The translations under genes were made by a program, and so were the position numbers. The notes under the pieces are model-generated. The model saw nothing but the letters and a program-made list of their open reading frames with translations, ran no database searches and was not told where the DNA came from. Below, one piece after another: positions 24,340-32,000 of a DNA stretch of 32,000 bases. Location: NCBI RefSeq assembly GCF_000008305.1, contig NC_006055.1, forward strand, positions 120,001-152,000. Direction: 5' to 3'. Position 1 is the stretch's first letter; each line of letters starts with the position of its first letter. This DNA is from Mesoplasma florum L1. GTDB lineage: Bacteria > Bacillota_I > Bacilli_A > Mycoplasmatales > Mycoplasmataceae.

Positions 24340-26025
24340 ATGGTTTTTGATAAAAATAACAAAGTTTATAGTGAATGAATAAATAGCCAAAAATTGGATG
24401 ATGAGTTGAAAAGCCTTTTAGTAAATGCTACTGATGATGAATTGCATGCAGCATTTGAAGGAATAGAGTTAGAATTTGGAACAGCAGGTATAAGAGGTAT
24501 TCTTGGAGCAGGACCTGGAAGATTTAACGTTTACACTGTTAAAAAAGTTACTATTGCATTTGCAGAATTATTAAAACAAAATTACCCAAATAGGTTGAAT
24601 GATGGAATAGTTGTTGGTCATGATAACCGTCATAATTCTAAACAGTTTGCAAAAGTTGTAGCCGAAGTTTTATCAAGCTTTGGAATTAAAGCATATTTAT
24701 TTAAAGAAAATGAAATGATGCCTACACCTGTTGTTTCATATGCAACTAAATTTTTAAACTGTATTGGAGGTATTGTAATAACAGCATCACATAATCCTTC
24801 AGAATATAACGGTTATAAAATATATGATCCATACGGATGTCAATTGCAAGATGAACAAACAGCAATTATTGCAAAAAGAATGGATGAAATTACAGACATT
24901 TTAAATTGAGAATATAAAATAAATGATTCGCTAATAGAAACAGTTAGCGAAAATGTTATTAAAGAATATGTAGATATGATTAAAAATCTTGAATTCTACA
25001 AAAAAGAGCAAGAAGCTAAAAAAGATTTAAAAATTATTTTTAGCGCAGTTAATGGAACAGGAACTAAATTTACCCCAAAAATATTACGTGAATCAGGATA
25101 TAACGTTATTGAGGTTGAAGAGCATGCATTTGAAGATGAAACATTTAAAAATGTTGTAAATCCAAATCCAGAATTTGATCCTGCATGAAAAATACCGCTT
25201 GAATATGGTATTAAACATGATGCAGATATTATTATTATGAATGACCCAGATGCTGACAGATTTGGAATGGCAATAAAACATGATGGTCATTTTGTAAGAT
25301 TAGATGGAAATCAAACAGGACCAATTTTAATTGATTGAAAATTATCAAATCTAAAACGCTTAAATAGCATTCCAAAAAATCCGGCTCTATATTCAAGTTT
25401 TGTAACAAGTGATTTGGGTGATAGAATCGCTCATGAAAAATATGGAGTTAATATTGTAAAAACTTTAACTGGATTTAAATGAATGGGTAGAGAAATTGCT
25501 AAAGAAGAAGATAACGGATTAAATTTTGTTTTTGCTTATGAAGAAAGTTATGGATATGTAATTGATGACTCAGCTAGAGATAAAGATGGAATACAAGCTT
25601 CTATATTAATAGCAGAGGCTGCTTGATTTTATAAAAAACAAAATAAAACATTAGTAGACTATTTAGAAGATTTATTTAAAGAAATGGGTGCATATTACAC
25701 TTTCACTTTAAACTTGAATTTTAAACCAGAAGAAAAGAAATTAAAAATTGAACCATTAATGAAATCATTGAGAGCAACACCCTTAACTCAAATTGCTGGA
25801 CTTAAAGTTGTTAATGTTGAAGACTACATCGATGGAATGTATAATATGCCAGGACAAGACTTACTAAAATTTTATTTAGAAGATAAGTCATGATTTGCTG
25901 TTCGCCCAAGTGGAACTGAACCTAAACTAAAAATTTATTTTATAGGTGTTGGTGAATCTGTTCAAAACGCTAAAGTTAAAGTAGACGAAATTATTAAAGA
26001 ATTAAAATTAAAAATGAATATATAG
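24340..26025 (+). CDS. Phosphohexomutase family (phosphoglucomutase/phosphomannomutase; possible phosphopentomutase), 561 aa
   Basis: [53 protein letters not shown] (catalytic serine), metal-binding [12 protein letters not shown], sugar-binding [10 protein letters not shown], and C-terminal [17 protein letters not shown]. Confidence 0.93.
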
Positions 26026-26033
26026 GAGAAAAA

Positions 26034-26696
26034 ATGAAACTAAACAAATATATAGATCACACATTATTAAAACAAGATGCTACGAAAGCTGAAATTAAAC
26101 AATTATGTGATGAAGCAATTGAATTTGATTTTGCAACAGTTTGTGTTAATTCATATTGAACAAGCTATTGTAAAGAATTATTAAAAGGCACAAATGTAGG
26201 AATAACAAATGTTGTAGGTTTTCCTCTAGGTGCATGCACAACAGCTACAAAAGCATTCGAAGTTTCTGAAGCAATTAAAGATGGTGCAACAGAAATTGAT
26301 ATGGTATTAAATATTGGTGCATTAAAAGACAAAAATTATGAATTAGTTTTAGAAGACATGAAAGCTGTAAAAAAAGCAGCTGGATCACATGTTGTTAAAT
26401 GTATTATGGAAAATTGTTTATTAACAAAAGAAGAAATCATGAAAGCTTGTGAAATAGCTGTTGAAGCTGGATTAGAATTTGTTAAAACATCAACAGGATT
26501 TTCAAAATCAGGTGCAACATTTGAAGATGTTAAACTAATGAAGTCAGTTGTTAAAGACAATGCTTTAGTTAAAGCAGCTGGTGGAGTTAGAACATTTGAA
26601 GATGCTCAAAAAATGATTGAAGCAGGAGCTGACCGCTTAGGAACAAGTGGTGGAGTAGCTATTATTAAAGGTGAAGAAAACAACGCGAGTTACTAA
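26034..26696 (+). CDS. deoC: Deoxyribose-phosphate aldolase (220 aa)
   Basis: [42 protein letters not shown]..., [83 protein letters not shown]. Confidence 0.97.
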
Positions 26697-26711
26697 AACT
26701 AGCGTTTTTTT
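26682..26711 (+). terminator. Rho-independent terminator overlapping the deoC 3' end
   Basis: AACGCGAGTT-ACTAA-AACTAGCGTT followed by TTTTTT; one internal G/A mismatch. Starts within the last codons of deoC. Confidence 0.75.
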
Positions 26712-26798
26712 ATTTTGCTCATTTTTATTAAAAGTTTGCAAAAAGGAACATAAAAATTCTAATTATTGATACTAAAGTTATTAAAAAGAAGATTTTGG

Positions 26799-26827
26799 TT
26801 GATTTTATAAAGGTCATAGAATATAAT
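26799..26827 (+). promoter_or_regulatory. Putative promoter of the S10 ribosomal protein operon
   Basis: TTGATT (26799-26804), 17-nt spacer, TATAAT (26822-26827), followed by an approximately 80-nt leader before rpsJ. Confidence 0.7.
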
Positions 26828-26916
26828 ATTTTAGCATGTGTATTTTGTGTGCTCATTTACAACACACCGGTAAGGGTTGTTGATGAATGAAAAAATTATT
26901 AAAAATGGAGGTTACA

Positions 26917-27225
26917 ATGGCAGAACAAAAAATGAGAATAAAACTAAAAGGCTATGATCACGCAATTATCGATCAAAGTATTTTAAAAATTATTGAAGCT
27001 GCTGAAGGAACTGGGGCAAAGGTTAGAGGACCTATCCCATTACCAACAGATAAACAAGTGATTACCATCTTAAGAGCTGTTCACAAGTACAAAGACTCAC
27101 GTGAACAATTCGAAATGAGAACACACAAAAGATTATTAGAGATTTTAAATCCAACACCAACTACAATGGACGTATTAAAAAGAGTTCAATTACCAAGTGG
27201 TGTAGATATCGAAATCAAGTTATAA
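26917..27225 (+). CDS. rpsJ: 30S ribosomal protein S10
   Basis: [105 protein letters not shown] at 26917 after GGAGG, preferred over the tracked 26887. Confidence 0.98.
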   Translation: MAEQKMRIKLKGYDHAIIDQSILKIIEAAEGTGAKVRGPIPLPTDKQVITILRAVHKYKDSREQFEMRTHKRLLEILNPTPTTMDVLKRVQLPSGVDIEIKL

Positions 27226-27289
27226 AAAAAATACAAATACAAAATTAAGTAACGAAATATACATGATTATCAATTAGGAGGATAAAAAG

Positions 27290-28006
27290 ATGAAAGGAAT
27301 CTTAGGACGTAAAGTTGAAATGACTCAAGTTTTTACAGCTAACGGGAAATTAGTACCAGTTACTGTAGTTGAAGTTCAACCAAACACTATCTTACAAGTT
27401 AAAACTCTTGAAACAAATGGTTACGTTGCTACTCAATTAGGAGTATTCGACAAAAGAGAAAACTTAGTAAACAAACCTGAATTAGGACAATTCAAAAAAG
27501 CTAACTCAGTTCCTAAGCGCTTCGTAAAAGAGATCAGAAACATGGAAGGGTTTGAAGTTGGATCAGTAATTTCAGCATCAGACATTTTCGAAACTGGTCA
27601 ATACGTTGACGTTACAGGAATTTCAAAAGGAAAAGGATTTGCGGGAGCAATCAAAAGACATAACTACTCAAGAGGACCAATGGCTCACGGGTCAGGTTAC
27701 CACCGTGGTATAGGTTCAATGGGAGCTATTATCAACCGTATTTTCAAATCTAAAAAAATGGCAGGTCACATGGGACATGTTAAACGTACAGTTCAAAACT
27801 TAGAAGTAATTGCAATCGATAACAACATAATGTTAGTTAAAGGTTCAATTCCAGGACCAAACAAAGGATTTGTTACAATCAAAGCCAATGTTAAAGGTTT
27901 ATCAAACACACAAGCAGCAGAATTATTAGTAAGAAACGCGCCAGTAGCTACTGAAGCTCCAATCGAAGCACCAGTAGTTGAAGAAGTTGTTTCAACAGAA
28001 GAGTAA
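27290..28006 (+). CDS. rplC: 50S ribosomal protein L3
   Basis: [29 protein letters not shown]...[32 protein letters not shown]...[17 protein letters not shown]...; acidic C-terminal tail. Confidence 0.98.
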   Translation: MKGILGRKVEMTQVFTANGKLVPVTVVEVQPNTILQVKTLETNGYVATQLGVFDKRENLVNKPELGQFKKANSVPKRFVKEIRNMEGFEVGSVISASDIFETGQYVDVTGISKGKGFAGAIKRHNYSRGPMAHGSGYHRGIGSMGAIINRIFKSKKMAGHMGHVKRTVQNLEVIAIDNNIMLVKGSIPGPNKGFVTIKANVKGLSNTQAAELLVRNAPVATEAPIEAPVVEEVVSTEE

Positions 28007-28018
28007 TAGGAGACAAGT

Positions 28019-28645
28019 ATGGAATTAAAAGTATTAAACGTCCAAGGACAAGAAGTTAAAACAATTTCATTAAACGATAGCGTTTGAAATGTGGCACCAC
28101 ATAAACAAGCTATTTATGACACTGTTATTTCACAACAAGCTGCTTTAAGACAAGGAACTAAAAAAACTAAAACTCGTGCTGAAGTACGTGGTGGTGGTAA
28201 AAAACCTTGAAGACAAAAAGGAACTGGACGTGCACGTCAAGGATCAATTAGAGCACCACACTGAAGAGGTGGAGGGGTTACTTTTGGTCCAACACCTGAT
28301 ATTAACTACAAGAAATCAGTAAACAAAAAAGTAAGAGCATTAGCATTTAAATCAGCATTATCAATTAAAGCTAGTGAACAAAATCTTGTAATCGTTGATA
28401 AATTCGATTTCGCTAAACCATCAACAAAAGAAATGATTAGCGTAATGAAAAATTTACAAATTGATGATCAAAAAACATTAATCATTACTAAAGAAAATGA
28501 AGAATTAGTAATTAAATCTTCAAGTAACATTAAAGGGGTAAAAACTTTACCATCAATCAAATTAAACGTATTTGATATCTTAAATGCAACTAAATTAGTT
28601 ATGACAGAAGAAGCTGCAATGGCTGTTGAGGGGGTATACGCATAA
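28019..28645 (+). CDS. rplD: 50S ribosomal protein L4 (208 aa)
   Basis: [106 protein letters not shown]-like L4 signature (TGA=Trp at several sites). Confidence 0.97.
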
Positions 28646-28929
28646 TGCATTTAACAGAAGTAATTAAAAAACCTGTGTTAACTGAAAAATCATTTTTAGG
28701 TCACGCAAACGGTGTATATACTTTCTTAGTAGACAGAAGAGCTAATAAAGTTCAAATTAAAAAAACATTCGAAGAAATCTTTGAAGTAAAAGTTGAGTCA
28801 GTAAGAACAATGAATTACGATGGAAAAGAAAAAAGAATGGGTAGATTTGTTGGAAAAACAAATAACTACAAAAAAGCAATCATCACTTTAAAAGATGGTG
28901 AAACATTAGACATTTTAAGCGATTTATAG
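28645..28929 (+). CDS. rplW: 50S ribosomal protein L23
   Basis: 94 aa: [84 protein letters not shown]. Confidence 0.96.
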
Positions 28930-28995
28930 AAAAAACCTAGCCCATAGGCGACAAATATTATAAATCAAAAATAAAAAGCTATAGAAAGGGATATT

Positions 28996-29841
28996 ATGGC
29001 AATTAAAAAATATAAACCTACGACAAACGGTCGTAGAAATATGACTAGTATTGATTACAAGGCAACTTTAACAACAAGTACTCCTGAAAAATCATTATTA
29101 GCTGCTAAAAACTCTAAAGCCGGACGTAACAACCGTGGTTTAATTACTACACGTCACAAAGGTGGAGGACATAAACAAAAATACAGAATTATTGACTTTA
29201 AACGTAATAAAAGAGATGTTGTTGGAACAATCGCTACAATCGAGTACGACCCAAACAGAAACGCATTTATTTGTTTAGTTAATTACTTAGATGGAGAAAA
29301 ACGTTACATCTTATTTGCAAAAGGAATGACAGTTGGAATGAAAATTGTTGCTTCAGAACATGCAGATATTAAAGTTGGAAATGCTGCTCCATTAAAAAAC
29401 ATTCCTGAAGGGACATTAATTCACAACGTTGAATTAAAACCTGGAAAAGGTGGACAAATGGCTAGAAGTGCTGGAACATCAGTACAAATCTTAGGGAAAG
29501 ATGATGACGGTAAATATGTAACTTTACGTTTAACATCTGGAGAAGTAAGAAAAGTTTTAGCTGATTGTTACGCAACAATTGGAGAAGTTGGAAACGAAGA
29601 ATACAACTTAGTTAATTGAGGAAAAGCTGGACGTAATCGTTGAAGAGGTATTCGTCCAACAGTTCGTGGTTCAGTAATGAACCCTAACGATCACCCACAT
29701 GGGGGAGGGGAAGGGCGTACTCCAATCGGACGTAAGAGCCCAGTTACTCCATGAGGTAAAAAAGCTCTTGGTGTTAAAACAAGAAACACTAAGAAACCAT
29801 CAGAGAAACTTATTGTAAGAAAGCGTAATGCTAAGAAATAG
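28996..29841 (+). CDS. rplB: 50S ribosomal protein L2 (281 aa)
   Basis: [21 protein letters not shown]...[30 protein letters not shown]...; C-terminal [39 protein letters not shown] after reading TGA at 29617-29619 as Trp. Confidence 0.98.
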
Positions 29842-29859
29842 GGAAGGAGAATAGAAGAC

Positions 29860-30123
29860 ATGGCAAGATCATTAAAAAAAGGACCATTTGTAGACGAAAA
29901 CTTATTTAAAAAAGCTGAAGTTGCAAAAGATGGAGAAGTTATAAAAACTTGATCACGTAGATCAACTATTTTCCCTGAATTCATCGGTAAAACTTTCGGA
30001 GTATACAATGGTAAAGAATTTATTCCCGTGTACGTAACAGAAGATATGGTTGGGCACAAATTAGGAGAATTTGCCCCAACTCGTAAATTCGGTGGTCACG
30101 GAGACGACAAAGGTAAGAAATAG
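29860..30123 (+). CDS. rpsS: 30S ribosomal protein S19 (87 aa)
   Basis: [87 protein letters not shown]. Confidence 0.98.
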
Positions 30124-30141
30124 AAGAGGTAGGATGACAAT

Positions 30142-30480
30142 ATGGAAGCAAAAGCTTATTTAAATATGATTCGTATCTCTCCTAGAAAAGTTAGATTAGT
30201 AGCAGATACAATCAGAAACAAACCAGTTGCAGCCGCAATTGCAACATTATATAACTTAGATAAAAGATCAGCTGAGCCAGTATTAAAATTATTAAACTCA
30301 GCAATCGCAAACGCAGTTAACAACAATGGAATGGACGCAGATAAATTATTTGTTAAAACTATTTTTGTTAACGAAGGACCAACTTTAAAACGTTTTAGAC
30401 CAAGAGCTCATGGTAGAGCATACGAAATTTTAAAAAGAACATCACACGTAACAATTATTGTTAGTGATGAAAGAATATAG
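30142..30480 (+). CDS. rplV: 50S ribosomal protein L22
   Basis: 112 aa: [108 protein letters not shown]. Confidence 0.98.
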   Translation: MEAKAYLNMIRISPRKVRLVADTIRNKPVAAAIATLYNLDKRSAEPVLKLLNSAIANAVNNNGMDADKLFVKTIFVNEGPTLKRFRPRAHGRAYEILKRTSHVTIIVSDERI

Positions 30481-30498
30481 GAAGGACGAGAAGAATAT

Positions 30499-31224
30499 AT
30501 GGGACAAAAAGTATCACCTAATGTTTTACGTTTAGGAATCGTTAGAGATTGAGAAGACACTTGATATGCTGAAAAAGATCAATACGTTAAATGATTAGAT
30601 CAAGATATCAAAATCCGTGAAGGAGTTCTTAAATTATTAAAAGATGCAGCTGTATCAAAAATTAAAATTGAAAGAACAAACTCAAACATTACTTTAATCA
30701 TTAGAACTGCTCGTCCAGCTATCGTGCTTGGTCAAGAAGGTAAAAATGTTTCAAATATCGCAACAGCAGTGCAAAAAATTGCTAAAGATAGAAACTTAAA
30801 AGTTGAAGTTAAAGTAATTGAAGTAAAAAATCCTGATGCAGATGCAACATTAGTTGCAAGATGAATCGGAGAACAAATTACAAACCGTGCTTCATTTAGA
30901 ACAGTTCAAAAATTAGCTATTAGAAAAGCTTTAAAAGCAGGAGTTAAAGGAATCAAAACTTCTGTAAGTGGACGTTTAGGTGGAGTTGAAATGGCTCGTA
31001 CAGAAGGGTACATCGAAGGATCAGTACCTCTATCTACATTAAGAGCAGACATTGATTATGCTTTATATGAAGCTCCAACTACATATGGACAAATTGGTGT
31101 TAAAGTTTGAATTAATCATGGTGAAGTTATCGGAGGTCAAAGCCAAAGAGTTTCTGAAAAAGCACCAATGAATAATGATAGAAGATTCAACAACAAAAAC
31201 AACAACAGAGGGGGACGTAAATAA
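30499..31224 (+). CDS. rpsC: 30S ribosomal protein S3 (241 aa)
   Basis: [60 protein letters not shown]...; KH domain and [53 protein letters not shown]. Confidence 0.98.
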
Positions 31225-31637
31225 TGTTATTACCAAAAAGAACCAAATATCGTAAACCTCATAAAGTTAGTTTTAAAGGAAAAGCAAAAGGAGCTAAAAC
31301 AATCAACTTTGGTGAATATGGATTAATGTCTCTTGACGGAGCATGAATCGATAACCGTCAAATTGAAGCAGCTCGTATTGCTATGACACGTTATATGAGA
31401 CGTGATGGAAAAGTTTGAATGAGAATTTTCCCACACATTTCAATGTCAAAAAAACCTGCTGAAGTTAGAATGGGATCTGGAAAAGGGAACCCCGAAAAAT
31501 GAGTAGCAGTTGTAAAAGAAGGAACAGTTATGTTTGAAATTGCTGGAGTTAGTGAAGAAACTGCAAGAGAAGCTTTACGTCTTGCAATGCACAAATTACC
31601 AGTTCGTTGCAAATTCGTTAAAAGAGGTGAAGAATAA
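31224..31637 (+). CDS. rplP: 50S ribosomal protein L16 (137 aa)
   Basis: [109 protein letters not shown]. Confidence 0.98.
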
Positions 31638-32000
31638 TGGCAAATAAATTAATGGATGAAATTAGAGCGCTTTCAGTAGAACAATTATTAGAAAGAAACG
31701 AAGCTAAAAAAGCTGAGTTATTCGCATTAAAATTCCAAGCTGCTGTTGGAAGTTTAGAACAAACACACCGTATTAAAGAAATTAAAAAAGAAATTGCAAG
31801 AATTCAATTAGTAATAGCTGAAAAAGCTAAAGCTGGTGAAGAAGTAAACAAAACTGTTAAAACAAACTATAACCAAGCTGTAACTGAAGCTGAAAAAGCT
31901 GGTAAAGAAGTTAGAGCAAAACAACGTAAAATGATCGAAGAATTACAAGCACAATATGAAAACAACGGTGCAAGTAATGATGATGCTATTGCAGAAGCTA
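31637..32000 (+). CDS. rpmC: 50S ribosomal protein L29 with a C-terminal extension (3' truncated by the window)
   Basis: [60 protein letters not shown] is an L29 core; the frame stays open to at least residue 121. Confidence 0.93.
   Translation, partial: MANKLMDEIRALSVEQLLERNEAKKAELFALKFQAAVGSLEQTHRIKEIKKEIARIQLVIAEKAKAGEEVNKTVKTNYNQAVTEAEKAGKEVRAKQRKMIEELQAQYENNGASNDDAIAEA

Noticed and set aside
31391-31612. Minus-strand 73-aa ORF opposite rplP
   Set aside because: Antisense to conserved L16 sequence.

Overview
The window is a gene-dense, AT-rich chromosomal segment from a Mollicute in the Mesoplasma/Entomoplasma/Spiroplasma/M. mycoides group. It uses genetic code 4 (UGA=Trp): many conserved proteins continue in frame through TGA, so the supplied ORF track fragments or truncates them. 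Reconstructed plus-strand order: partial oppF, oppA lipoprotein, alpha/beta hydrolase, ftsK/spoIIIE, uvrC, greA, rsmI, tRNA-His, then a rhodanese on minus, then rpiB-glyA-upp, atpI-B-E-F-H-A-G-D-C, an OsmC/Ohr protein and an ABC exporter. After these come deoA on minus, then a phosphohexomutase and deoC, and finally the start of the S10 ribosomal protein operon (rpsJ-rplC-rplD-rplW-rplB-rpsS-rplV-rpsC-rplP-rpmC, the last cut by the window end). I see no convincing undescribed multi-gene system, phage, transposon or CRISPR array; this is mostly core genome. The observations most worth following up are small: an AtpC epsilon subunit that appears to lack its C-terminal domain, a C-terminally extended L29, a structured leader upstream of rpsJ, direct repeats flanking the putative ftsK promoter, an SD sequence in a hairpin loop before atpI, and a deo/phosphomutase cluster with a possible operator.
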